NCBI GenBank assembly: GCA_022820625.1
Contig: JAJEFE010000111.1
Span: forward strand, 2,319-66,318
DNA from: Gammaproteobacteria bacterium
GTDB taxonomy: Bacteria; Pseudomonadota; Gammaproteobacteria; Steroidobacterales; Rariloculaceae
Length of the DNA stretch: 64,000 bases
Reading direction: 5' to 3'
Under the pieces are notes generated by a model that searched no databases, was not told where the DNA came from, and saw only the letters and a program-made list of their open reading frames with translations. Positions 46,067-55,492 of the stretch are shown here, piece by piece (position 1 is the first letter of the stretch; every line of letters starts with the position of its first letter). A program made the position numbers and the translations under genes.

Positions 46067-48762
46067 CAGTTCGTTCCTCCGAGTTCGAGGAGTATGTCGT
46101 CCATGATCCTGGGGTCATCCGGTTCGCCGCCGCCGAAGGCCCATTCGGAGGGCTCCGGGGCAAGTCCGGAATAGGCGCTGTCCCAGGTCGTGATGTAGAT
46201 GCGGGCGCCTGCCCAGTCATCCACGCCGAGCAATGCGCCTTCATAGAAGAAGGTCACCGTGCGGGCCGCCTGGTCGGTGGCCACCTTCGGAGACACGGCC
46301 AGCGTCTGCCCGAAGCGCTGGGGGCCCGCACCTTCGGTACCGTAAGTGATGCTGCCCCACCCGGTACCGATGTGGGCAAGTCCCCAGGTGAGTCCGTCCG
46401 GCATATCGGCGTTGACCCGGGGCAACACGGACAGCCCCTCCCTTCCGGGCAGGTGGAAGAAGACCGAAAATGAAACATTGTCGAACCCCGACGGCGGCAG
46501 CCAGTTGTCCGTGATCTCCCGCATGGTCAACGTCAGCTCCAGGTTGCTGCCCGCCGCCCGCGCCACGGCTCCTTCGATTTCCCGCTGTTGCCGGCTCTGG
46601 GGCTGCAATGGCCCCACATAGGTCCCCGTGGGGCCGTAGGCATCATCGCCGGGATCGGTTCGCTCGGCGGTGTGTTCCGCATCGGTAATCAGTGCGGTGT
46701 AGGTGACCTGCTCCGAGACGGCATTGTCTTCGACTGCCAGGACCTGCAGGCGGTGGGTGATCTCGCCCAGGTCCCGGACAGGCACGGTGACCTCCCACCG
46801 GCCGTCGGAATCGGCCACGAACTCGGTGGTTCGTTCCAGGTTACCGTTGGCGATGAGCTGCAGGGGCGTATTCGCACGACTGATCGTTCCCGTGAGCTGG
46901 AAGTCGCTGGACTGCACGCCTGCCGGACGCCCCTCGACGGTGATCTCTACGGACGGAGCCTCCACGGCTCCGGCTGCAGCCTCGCTGCCGGTCGGCCGCA
47001 GGACGAGAGTCGCACGAGGCGGCAGCGTAAGTGACAGGCGCCCATCGGGCGCGCCCGCCACATCGCCCCTGAAGTTCCGGGCGAACAGGGTTTCCAGTTG
47101 CTCGTTCGGAGCGAGACCGGCCTCGATACCGTGTGCCAGAACGGCGTGACTCGCGGTGTTCATCGCCACCAGGATCACCTCGTCGAGATGTTGTCGCCGG
47201 AAGGCAAAAATCCCCGGGTAGGCCGCATCGGATGCAAGCACCTCCACACTGCCCCGGGTCAGCGCCGCATGTGTTGTACGAAGATCCGCGAGATCCGCAA
47301 TGGTGGTGTAGTACTCTGATTGAGTATCGAAGCGCCCCTGCCCATCGCCTGTTCCGCCCAGAAACATGGGTTCGCGTCCGCCGGTGAAACCCTGCTCTGT
47401 ACCGTAGTAGACGATGGGAATACCGGGCGCCGTGAACAGGAAGGCGAGCGCCTGCTCAAAGGCATCGGGCGTCGCAGTGGCCAGAAAGCGGGCCATGTCG
47501 TGGTTGTCGATGAAATTCGGAATGACGAACGGGTCCCTGAATCTCTCCATCAACTGCTCGAGGCGATAGGTCATCTGGTGCGTCGGGTGACCGCGGGCGA
47601 ACACGCGCCCGATCTCCGAATTCATCGGGAAGCCGAGCATCGAATTGAACACCGGGTCCGCTTCGGTGCCCAGGTAGCCCGTTATCTTTGTCTCGCCGCT
47701 GTCGCCATAGGCGGGCGAGCCCGAAAATGCCTCTCCGAAGGTCAGAAAGTGGTCTTTGCCGAGCCGCCCCGCATGGGGATAGATGCCGTCCTCGTCGTGG
47801 AGGAATCGACGCCAGAACTCGTGAGGGACGTGCGCAGCGGTATCGACGCGAAACCCGTCGACGCCCACCTCCTCGATCCAGTATCGGTAGGTTTCCTTGA
47901 GCGCATCGATAACGACCGGGTTCTCGGTGTTGAGATCCGCCAGGTGCCCCAGTTGATAGTAGGTTTCCTGGTAGTGGTCGCTGAAATCCCGGATGGTCGG
48001 CGTCCAGTGATAGATGTCGGCGGCCACGTGTTCCGGATTCAGTCGGTCGATCATGTGGAACGGCGGCTGTGTAGGCGCCGGCTGGAACGAGTCGGGCTCC
48101 ATCAGGTAGAAGTTCTGCGCCGTGTCGTTCGGATCGTACTCGCCGTCGTAGTGGAAGAAGTTGGCCGTGTGGTTCGCAACGATGTCCTGGATCAGGTACA
48201 TGCCGTTGCAGTGCAACTCGTGGGACAGCTGGCGGTAGTCGTCCAGCGTGCCGAAGTGGGCATCGACCTCCTTGAAGTTGACCGCCCAATAACCGTGATT
48301 GCCGGCGCCGGAATACTGCGAACTCCACCACTGGTTGGCGACCGGCGGGGCGATCCAGACCGCGGTGATGCCCAAGGACTTGAGATAGCCGATCCTCCCG
48401 ATCAGGCCCTGGATATCGCCGCCGTTGAAGAGGCTGGAGTTGTCAGGGTCGTATTCGCCGTAGCCCTGGTCATTGTTGGTGGGATCGCCGTCGTCGAACC
48501 GGTCGAGCAGTAGCATGTAGATGACCTGGTCGCGCCAGTCGGGGGACGGGACGTGCAGGAGTTGCGTGTCGCCGGCAGCGCAAACCTGCGCCGCATTGCT
48601 GCTGCCGGTTGCCTGGTCGGTCCCGGTGGATACCTGGTCGGCGCCGGTGGGTACCTGGTCGGCCCCGGTGGAGTCCGGCTGCGAACAGCCGCCCAGTGCA
48701 AGAAGCATCAATGCCGGTATCCCGGCGTTTCCAGACATCGAACTGCTGCTGTCGTTATTCAT
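46066..48762 (-). CDS. GH13 alpha-amylase-family lipoprotein, full-length paralogue of 18272..20986
   Basis: Lipobox LLALGGC. YLIQDIVANH, GVDGFRVDTA, FLTFGEA, NFIDNHDMARF. Colinear with the first copy over the whole length, including the C-terminal extension (roughly 60 percent identity by eye). Confidence 0.85.
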   Translation of the reverse strand: MNNDSSSSMSGNAGIPALMLLALGGCSQPDSTGADQVPTGADQVSTGTDQATGSSNAAQVCAAGDTQLLHVPSPDWRDQVIYMLLLDRFDDGDPTNNDQGYGEYDPDNSSLFNGGDIQGLIGRIGYLKSLGITAVWIAPPVANQWWSSQYSGAGNHGYWAVNFKEVDAHFGTLDDYRQLSHELHCNGMYLIQDIVANHTANFFHYDGEYDPNDTAQNFYLMEPDSFQPAPTQPPFHMIDRLNPEHVAADIYHWTPTIRDFSDHYQETYYQLGHLADLNTENPVVIDALKETYRYWIEEVGVDGFRVDTAAHVPHEFWRRFLHDEDGIYPHAGRLGKDHFLTFGEAFSGSPAYGDSGETKITGYLGTEADPVFNSMLGFPMNSEIGRVFARGHPTHQMTYRLEQLMERFRDPFVIPNFIDNHDMARFLATATPDAFEQALAFLFTAPGIPIVYYGTEQGFTGGREPMFLGGTGDGQGRFDTQSEYYTTIADLADLRTTHAALTRGSVEVLASDAAYPGIFAFRRQHLDEVILVAMNTASHAVLAHGIEAGLAPNEQLETLFARNFRGDVAGAPDGRLSLTLPPRATLVLRPTGSEAAAGAVEAPSVEITVEGRPAGVQSSDFQLTGTISRANTPLQLIANGNLERTTEFVADSDGRWEVTVPVRDLGEITHRLQVLAVEDNAVSEQVTYTALITDAEHTAERTDPGDDAYGPTGTYVGPLQPQSRQQREIEGAVARAAGSNLELTLTMREITDNWLPPSGFDNVSFSVFFHLPGREGLSVLPRVNADMPDGLTWGLAHIGTGWGSITYGTEGAGPQRFGQTLAVSPKVATDQAARTVTFFYEGALLGVDDWAGARIYITTWDSAYSGLAPEPSEWAFGGGEPDDPRIMDDILLELGGTN
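48612..48674 (-). repeat. Three tandem 21-bp repeats within the GH13 lipoprotein linker
   Basis: cctggtcggtcccggtggata / cctggtcggcgccggtgggta / cctggtcggccccggtggagt. On the coding strand they encode the TGADQVP/TGADQVS/TGTDQAT heptads just after the lipobox Cys. Confidence 0.8.
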
Positions 48763-48955
48763 GGTAGCCGCTCCCCCAGAAAAACCTCACCCGATGGATG
48801 ACAAAACCACTTGCCGCTCAGGCAGTCAAGCGGCTCATGTCGGACGGCAGGCGCCCGCTCACACGAAGCACCTTCCAGCATACGGCTTTGCCGGACGGTT
48901 CCGTGGGTGTCCCCTCACTCAAGGCAACTTCGCGCCCCGTACGGTCCAAGCCGCG

Positions 48956-50449
48956 TCAATTCATCGTTCGAAACGGGGACGCCGGCAGCCCTGCGCCATT
49001 GAACAGATTGCCTTCCGGGTCATCCCCCCAGGCGTAGCGCGCCTGGACCGGCGCCTGTACGGCGGGGCTGGTCAGGATCACCGAGTTCCCGGCGATGCGG
49101 GCGTCGGCCTCGACGAACTTGCCGTCCGATCCAGCCAACTCGAAACCCACCAGTGGTGCGCCGCGCGCCTGCAGCCCCGAACCTGCGTGGTCAAACCAGA
49201 GCCGCAGCGTGGACCCCTGTGGCGTGGTCTGCCGGTACATCGGTCCCGAGAATTCCACGCCCTGCTCACCGTATGCGATGGCGCGCGCGGCCAGCGCCAG
49301 CCGGAGGCCCGCATCCTGCTTGTTGCCGGGGTGTATATCGGTCGAGTCGCCGATGTCGATGGTCACCGCCATGCCCGTGCCGGCGAGTCCAAGCGCCATG
49401 GACTGGGCTTCCCGCAGTTCCGGCCACTCGCTGTTCTCGGCGACGCGTGCAAAGTTGGGCAGTTGCACGAAGAGGAAGGGGAAGGCGCCGTGCCCCCATT
49501 CGTGCCGCCAGTCCTCGATCAGCGCGCGAAACAGCCGGCGGTACAGAAGCGCCTGGCGGTTGTTGGCGTCGTTTTCCCCCTGGTACCAGATCACGCCGCG
49601 TATCGGGTACGGGGTCAGGGGCGCGATCATCGCGTTGAAGAGCCACGACGGTGTTGCCGTCGGGTTCAGGGTGCGCGGGCGTGGTGGCCTTCGCGGGGCT
49701 TCGTCTCCGGCGGCTTCAGCTTCTGCGGCCCGCCTTTCCCAGTCCGCGAACGCAGCCTCATAGCCCGGTTTGAGCCTTTCCCCTTCCGCCTCGAAATTCG
49801 CCACGAATTCGGCCAATGTCGGATCGGCCGAAAGCGCGCGCGAACTCGTCCATGCCTGGGCAGGCGTCCCGCCCCAGGCCGATTGGATGATCCCGAACGG
49901 TACGCCGAGTTCGCCGTGCAAATGGCGCGCGAAGAAGTACGCCAGACCGGAAAACTCGCCTGCCGTCTCCGGCGTTACGGTCTGCCACTCGCCTTCGACA
50001 TCGTCCTTGCGTGTATCCGCAGCCACCCGCAGGACCTTGAAATAGCGAATGCCGGGATACTGCGCTGCCGCAATCTCCCGCGCCGCGTCGTTGGCTCTTT
50101 CGAGCGGCCATTCCATGTTGGACTGGCCTGAACCAACCCAGACGTCGCCGACAAGAATGTCGCTCAGCCGAATCGAGTTCTCGCCTTCGATGCCGAGATC
50201 GTAGGGCCCCCCCGCTTCGGTGGGCTCGAGGTAGACCTCCCAACGGCCGTCGGGCGAGGCGGTGGTGGCCGCCGTTTCTCCGCGAAAGGCAACGCTGACG
50301 GTTTCGCCGGGGTCGGCCCAGCCCCAGACGTGAATCGGCATGTCGCGCTGCAGAACCATGCGGTCGCCGAACAACGCAGGGACCCGCACATCGGCCCAAA
50401 GGTCGGCGGACAGGGCAGAAAGAAGAAGCACCAGTGCCAAGACCCTCAT
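48956..50449 (-). CDS. SASA/DUF303-family carbohydrate O-acetylesterase (sialate O-acetylesterase-like)
   Basis: Signal peptide. GDRMVLQRD, VWVGSGQSNME (catalytic Ser motif), GVIWYQGENDA. Confidence 0.8.
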   Translation of the reverse strand: MRVLALVLLLSALSADLWADVRVPALFGDRMVLQRDMPIHVWGWADPGETVSVAFRGETAATTASPDGRWEVYLEPTEAGGPYDLGIEGENSIRLSDILVGDVWVGSGQSNMEWPLERANDAAREIAAAQYPGIRYFKVLRVAADTRKDDVEGEWQTVTPETAGEFSGLAYFFARHLHGELGVPFGIIQSAWGGTPAQAWTSSRALSADPTLAEFVANFEAEGERLKPGYEAAFADWERRAAEAEAAGDEAPRRPPRPRTLNPTATPSWLFNAMIAPLTPYPIRGVIWYQGENDANNRQALLYRRLFRALIEDWRHEWGHGAFPFLFVQLPNFARVAENSEWPELREAQSMALGLAGTGMAVTIDIGDSTDIHPGNKQDAGLRLALAARAIAYGEQGVEFSGPMYRQTTPQGSTLRLWFDHAGSGLQARGAPLVGFELAGSDGKFVEADARIAGNSVILTSPAVQAPVQARYAWGDDPEGNLFNGAGLPASPFRTMN

Positions 50450-50462
50450 CGCGCACCCATTG

Positions 50463-50765
50463 TTACTTGCGTTCGAGCCGAATTTTAACCCATGCGCGGA
50501 TTTTCAAAACGTACCGAGTGACCAGGTTCTGGACGTACTCCGGTATGCCGATCCACTGTGCGCACATGAAGCGCTGGATGTACTGGTTCACGAGGGTCTC
50601 CAGCCAATTCTGCCTTGCGCTTATGCGGGCCGGCTCGCCGTTTGCGGCGGCGATATCCCGTAGCGCTTCGAGGCCGAAGTCGCCGCGCTCGCCATCGTAG
50701 ATGACGGCCTTCAGACTCTGCGTGTTGAGGTCGATCCCGAGGAACCGGCTCGTGGGTGGCAGGCG
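50463..50765 (-). pseudogene. Relic of an FGGY-family sugar kinase (xylulokinase-like N-terminus), no start codon, truncated after about 100 codons
   Basis: The minus-strand frame reads RFLGIDLNTQSLKAVIYDGERGDF....ARQNWLETLVNQYIQRF..., resembling the FLG(I/F)DxSTQxxK N-terminal ATPase motif of xylulokinases. It is bounded by TAA at 50766..50768 upstream, has no ATG/GTG/TTG before the motif, and stops at 50463. Confidence 0.35.
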
Positions 50766-50843
50766 TTACCGTGGCACGTTGTGTTGAGTGTTAACATTGC
50801 GCGCTCCAGCGCATTTTCCGGCCCCCGCAAGGAGCCCATCGTC

Positions 50844-52133
50844 ATGTTGAATCTTCGTTCCCTGTCCGTGGCCTTCGCGGGTCTGGCGCTCTCGACTCTT
50901 TCGGGCCAGGCTGCTGCCGCGGTCAGCATTCCCGACCCCGACGCCGTGGATGCCGTCATCGATGGCTTCGTGGATGACGGCTATTACCCCTTCATTTATG
51001 CGCGACTGGAAGATCGGGACGGCAATGTCGTCTACGAGCACGGCGCGGTCAATCGCGAACTCCTGCCGGACGCCGAAATCGATGGCCAGACGTGGATCCG
51101 CATCTGGTCCATGAGCAAGATCGTCACCATCTCCACGGTTCTTGACCTGGTGGAGGACGGCGTTCTGGGCCTCGAGGATCCGGTCATCGACTACATTCCC
51201 GAATTTGAGAACATGCAGGTTGCGGTGACGGCCGATGGCAGGGATCTCAGCCAGGTGGAACGGGACCAACGGGCATCGGCCTGCCCATTTGAACGGGTGC
51301 CCATGGATACGGTCATGACGGTGCGTCACCTGATCGATCACGAGGCCGGGTTCTACTACGCCACGACCAATTTTCCGTGCCTGGATGCCGCGTTGAACGA
51401 GCAGAATGTTGCTGTGGCGGCCGATACCCGGGACTTCATCGATCGGCTGGCGGGGCTGCCGCTTGTTCAGCAGCCGGGCGCGCGGTACCACTACGGGACC
51501 AACACGACCGTGCTTGGCATGGTGGCGGAGCGTGCGACGAACAAGAGTCTCAAGCAGTTGGTGGAGGAGCGGCTGACCGGGCCGTTGGGCATCCACGGAC
51601 TGCAGTACGGCCTCCCGGCGGGCGTGGAACTGTTGCCGAAAGTCAGCGGCCGCGATAACGAATTGCGGGTTGCGCATCCCGGGGAGCTGGACATCTTCGG
51701 CGCGGACGTGCCGGGCTACGACCCCGGGCATCCTCTCTACCTGGGCGGCGAGGGCATGCTGGCGACCGCCGACGGCTACGCCGATTTCCTGCGGATGCTG
51801 CTGAATCATGGGACGCTGAACGGGCAACGCTTCCTCGAGACGGCCACCGTGGAGAACATCTACGCGCCGCATACTCAACTGGACAACCCCGAAGGACACA
51901 ATGGAATGAATCTCTGGGTTCCCGGAGAACCGATGCGGGAGCGCGGGGAGGGCGAGGCAGGACTCTGGATCGGCGGCGGATACGAGGGCACGCACTTCTG
52001 GGTGGACCCCAAACGTGAATTCGTCGGCGTGATCATGTCCCAGATGTATGCGGTTCCCCAGGGCGGCGGGGGCAGGGACGGGGCGATTCGAGCCGAGCTC
52101 TACCGGCAGTTCTGGGCGGAAGAAGCCAATTGA
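50844..52133 (+). CDS. Serine hydrolase, beta-lactamase fold (esterase-like), secreted
   Basis: AAGGAG before the ATG at 50844. Signal MLNLRSLSVAFAGLALSTLSGQAAAA. S-x-x-K in IWSMSKIVTISTVLDL. Confidence 0.8.
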   Translation: MLNLRSLSVAFAGLALSTLSGQAAAAVSIPDPDAVDAVIDGFVDDGYYPFIYARLEDRDGNVVYEHGAVNRELLPDAEIDGQTWIRIWSMSKIVTISTVLDLVEDGVLGLEDPVIDYIPEFENMQVAVTADGRDLSQVERDQRASACPFERVPMDTVMTVRHLIDHEAGFYYATTNFPCLDAALNEQNVAVAADTRDFIDRLAGLPLVQQPGARYHYGTNTTVLGMVAERATNKSLKQLVEERLTGPLGIHGLQYGLPAGVELLPKVSGRDNELRVAHPGELDIFGADVPGYDPGHPLYLGGEGMLATADGYADFLRMLLNHGTLNGQRFLETATVENIYAPHTQLDNPEGHNGMNLWVPGEPMRERGEGEAGLWIGGGYEGTHFWVDPKREFVGVIMSQMYAVPQGGGGRDGAIRAELYRQFWAEEAN

Positions 52134-53518
52134 ACTCCAGGTTCATTATCGCGATCAGCTGCATCGCGACCATTGGCGGCTTTCTCTTCGGCTTCGACAG
52201 CGGAGTCATTAACGGCACCGTAGACGGGCTGCAGATCGCGTTCCAGTCCGACAGTGTCGGCACGGGGTTCAACGTCGCCTCAATGCTGCTCGGGTGCGCG
52301 GCGGGCGCGTTTTTCGCCGGACGTCTGGCGGACGTAATCGGGCGCCGCAACCTGCTCATCGTTGCCTCGATCTTCTTTTTGGTCAGCGCCTGGGGTTCGG
52401 GCATCGCGTCCAGTTCCGCCGAATTCGTGTTCTTCCGCGTGCTCGGCGGGATGGCGGTCGGAGCCGCCAGCGTTATCGCACCGGCCTATATCGGTGAGGT
52501 CGCACCGGCCCACTACCGCGGACGCCTGATCACCGTACAGCAGATCGCCATCATCACGGGGCTCTTCAGCGCCTTTGTCAGCAACTTCCTTCTGGCAGGA
52601 TTCGCAGGCGCATCCACTTCCGAGTTGTGGCTGGGATTCGAGGCCTGGCGCTGGATGTTCTGGATCGAAATCGCACCGGCGGTGCTGTTCTTCCTCGGAT
52701 TGCTGCTGATCCCGGAAAGCCCGCGGTATCTCGTGATTCGCGGCAGGACGCAGACCGCACGTGCCGTTCTGACCCGGCTCTACGGTCGGGAGCGCGGTGA
52801 GGAGAAGCTCACGGAAATCGACGAATCCCTGGCCGAGGATCACCATCGCCCGAGATTCTCGGACCTGATTGACGGCACCACGGGAAGAGTTCGAAAGCTC
52901 GTCTGGGTCGGAATCGGGCTGGCGACGTTCCAACAACTCGTCGGCATCAATGTGGTCTTCTATTACGGCGCGGTGCTCTGGCAGTCGGTCGGGTTTTCCG
53001 AGAGCGACGCGCTTCTGATCAACGTCATCTCGGGCGCCGTCAGCATCGGCGCCTGCCTGATCACTGTCAGCCTGATCGACCGGATCGGCAGAAAACCGCT
53101 GCTGTGGATCGGTTCGGTCGGCATGGCCTTCACGCTTTCCGCCATGGCGCTGGCGTTCGCAAGCGCCACCCTGGACGAGCAGGGCGCGCTGCAGTTGTCG
53201 GATACCATGGGAACCGTCGCGCTGGTAGCCGCAAACTTGTATGTATTCTTTTTCAACGCATCGTGGGGACCGGTAATGTGGGTCATGCTGGGCGAGATGT
53301 TCCCAAACCAGATTCGCGGTTCCGGCCTCGCCATCAGCGGTCTTGCGCAATGGGGATCGAATTTCGGGATCACCATGACGTTCCCCATTCTGCTCGTCAG
53401 CATTGGACTGATGGGTGCGTATTCGCTGTATGCGCTGGCGGCGGTCATTTCGGTTTACTTTGTAGTAAAGCACGTTCACGAAACGCGCGGGCTTGAGCTG
53501 GAGGAGATGCAGGGGTAG
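52130..53518 (+). CDS. MFS sugar porter-family transporter (glucose/galactose/xylose:H+ symporter type)
   Basis: GGFLFGFDSGVINGT, GRLADVIGRR, PESPRYL, and C-terminal HETRG (PETKG-type) motifs. TTG start in a TTGA overlap with the upstream stop. Confidence 0.85.
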   Translation: MNSRFIIAISCIATIGGFLFGFDSGVINGTVDGLQIAFQSDSVGTGFNVASMLLGCAAGAFFAGRLADVIGRRNLLIVASIFFLVSAWGSGIASSSAEFVFFRVLGGMAVGAASVIAPAYIGEVAPAHYRGRLITVQQIAIITGLFSAFVSNFLLAGFAGASTSELWLGFEAWRWMFWIEIAPAVLFFLGLLLIPESPRYLVIRGRTQTARAVLTRLYGRERGEEKLTEIDESLAEDHHRPRFSDLIDGTTGRVRKLVWVGIGLATFQQLVGINVVFYYGAVLWQSVGFSESDALLINVISGAVSIGACLITVSLIDRIGRKPLLWIGSVGMAFTLSAMALAFASATLDEQGALQLSDTMGTVALVAANLYVFFFNASWGPVMWVMLGEMFPNQIRGSGLAISGLAQWGSNFGITMTFPILLVSIGLMGAYSLYALAAVISVYFVVKHVHETRGLELEEMQG

Positions 53519-53523
53519 GTGAC

Positions 53524-55374
53524 ATGAGAACAATGGCGAAGCGATCAAGTGTCGCTCTGGCAATGTGGCTGGGGTGCGCGGCTCCTCACGTGTTGGCCGC
53601 CGGGATCGAACGTGTCGAACCACCGTTCTGGTGGGTCGGATTCGAGAATCCGCAACTTCAATTGCTTGTCTACGGCGAGGATATGGGTACGATGTCGCCG
53701 GCCGTTGACTGGCCGGGCGTCACCGTGGGGGAGGTCACGACGACGGGCAATCCGAACTACCTGTTCGTGCACCTGCAGATCGACGTCGATGCCGAAGCGG
53801 GTCAGTTCGACATCGTTTTCAGCGACGGCGAAGAAACCATTGCCTGGCCGTATCGACTGGACCGGCGCAACCCGGACCCCGACCACACCCGCGGATTTTC
53901 CTCCGCCGACGCGATCTACCTGATCACGCCGGACCGATTCGCCAATGGCGACCCGAGCAACGATGAGATCGAGGGTCTCGGAGATATTCTGGACAGGAGT
54001 CTGCCCAGAGCCCGGCACGGAGGCGACGTGAGGGGCATTATCGATCGGCTCGACTACATTGCCGATCTTGGTTTCACCGCCGTGTGGCTGAATCCCGTGC
54101 TCGAGAATGCGATGCCGGAATTTTCCTACCACGGCTATTCGACCACGGATTTCTACCGGGTGGACCCGCGCAAGGGCAGCAATGAAGACCTGGCGGAACT
54201 GGCCCGGACCGGACGCGAAAAGGGCGTCGGACTGATCATGGACATGATAGTCAATCACAGCGGACTGAATCACTGGTGGATGGAGGACCCGCCGATGGAC
54301 GACTGGGTGCACCAGTGGGACGGCTACGTCGGAACCACCCACGCCAAGTCGCTCAGCGTCGACCCCTACGGCGCCGAAGTCGACAGGCGCGAGTTCTACG
54401 ATGGCTGGTTCGTGCCGTCCATGCCCGATCTCAACCAGGACAATCCCCTGATGTCGGAGTACCTCATCCAGAACGCCATCTGGTGGATCGAGTACCTGGG
54501 CCTGGCCGGCGTGCGCATGGATACCTATCCGTACTCCGGGGCGGAGTTCATGGCGGAGTGGACGCGACGGGTGATGGAGGAATTTCCGGACTTCAACGTG
54601 GTGGGCGAGGAGTGGACCGAGAATCCCCTGATCGTCGCCTACTGGCAGGGCGGCGCGGAAAAGCACGACGGCTACCGTTCCTGGTTGCGCAGCGTGATGG
54701 ATTTTCCGCTCAACTCCGTGCTCGCCTCCTCACTGGTGGCCGAGGAACGGTTTTCTCAAGGCTTTCGATCCCTCTACTCGATGCTGGCGAACGATGTCCT
54801 CTACCCGGACCCCAATGAGCTGGTTATCTTCGGGGACAACCACGACATGAGGCGCGTGTACTCGCAGCTTGGGGAGGACTTTGCACTGTTCGAACTGGCC
54901 ATGGCGTACCTCGCAACCATGCGCGGTGCTCCGCAGATCTACTACGGAACCGAGATTCTGGCTGTCAGTGGCGGCGATCACGGAGTTATTCGCAGTGATT
55001 TTCCGGGAGGCTGGGAGGGCGATGCGGTCGACGCGGTCTCCGGAAGCGGCCTGACGGATGATCAGCTCAGAGCTCAGGAACTGGTGAAGACGCTCTTCAA
55101 CTGGCGCAAGGATTCTCAGGCCGTGCATCGTGGCGGACTCACCCACTTCCTGCCGAAGGACAGTGTCTACGTCTATTTCCGCTACCTGGACGACGAGAAG
55201 GTCATGGTTATCCTCAACAAGAATACCGAGCCCTATTCGCTTGCGATGGAGCGCTTTGGGGAAGTTCTCGGCGACGCAGGCAGCGGCGTGGACGTCATTC
55301 GCGGCGGTGCGTACGATCTGACTTCGGCAATCGGGTTGGAGCCGCGCACGGCGTTGGTATTGCAGGTTGAGTAA
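53524..55374 (+). CDS. GH13 cyclomaltodextrinase/neopullulanase-like alpha-amylase with an N-terminal beta-sandwich domain
   Basis: Signal peptide. VEPPFWWVGF N-domain. ITPDRFANGDPSND, GFTAVWLNPVLEN, GLIMDMIVNHSG, GLAGVRMDTYPY, VVGEEWT, IFGDNHDMRR. Confidence 0.85.
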   Translation: MRTMAKRSSVALAMWLGCAAPHVLAAGIERVEPPFWWVGFENPQLQLLVYGEDMGTMSPAVDWPGVTVGEVTTTGNPNYLFVHLQIDVDAEAGQFDIVFSDGEETIAWPYRLDRRNPDPDHTRGFSSADAIYLITPDRFANGDPSNDEIEGLGDILDRSLPRARHGGDVRGIIDRLDYIADLGFTAVWLNPVLENAMPEFSYHGYSTTDFYRVDPRKGSNEDLAELARTGREKGVGLIMDMIVNHSGLNHWWMEDPPMDDWVHQWDGYVGTTHAKSLSVDPYGAEVDRREFYDGWFVPSMPDLNQDNPLMSEYLIQNAIWWIEYLGLAGVRMDTYPYSGAEFMAEWTRRVMEEFPDFNVVGEEWTENPLIVAYWQGGAEKHDGYRSWLRSVMDFPLNSVLASSLVAEERFSQGFRSLYSMLANDVLYPDPNELVIFGDNHDMRRVYSQLGEDFALFELAMAYLATMRGAPQIYYGTEILAVSGGDHGVIRSDFPGGWEGDAVDAVSGSGLTDDQLRAQELVKTLFNWRKDSQAVHRGGLTHFLPKDSVYVYFRYLDDEKVMVILNKNTEPYSLAMERFGEVLGDAGSGVDVIRGGAYDLTSAIGLEPRTALVLQVE

Positions 55375-55492
55375 AGCCGGGGACCCACCGCCGGCGCGGC
55401 GCATGGCCGCGAACAGCCGGTCGCTGTTGGCCTGGCAGGTTGACTATAGAGGGGAACCATCCGCAGAAAGCCCCAGGTAAAGAGGGAGAATA

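Noticed and set aside
48612-48674. Short tandem repeats considered as a possible CRISPR or minisatellite array.
   Set aside because: Only three contiguous 21-bp units with no spacers, entirely inside a coding region and in frame. It is a coding linker repeat, not a CRISPR array.
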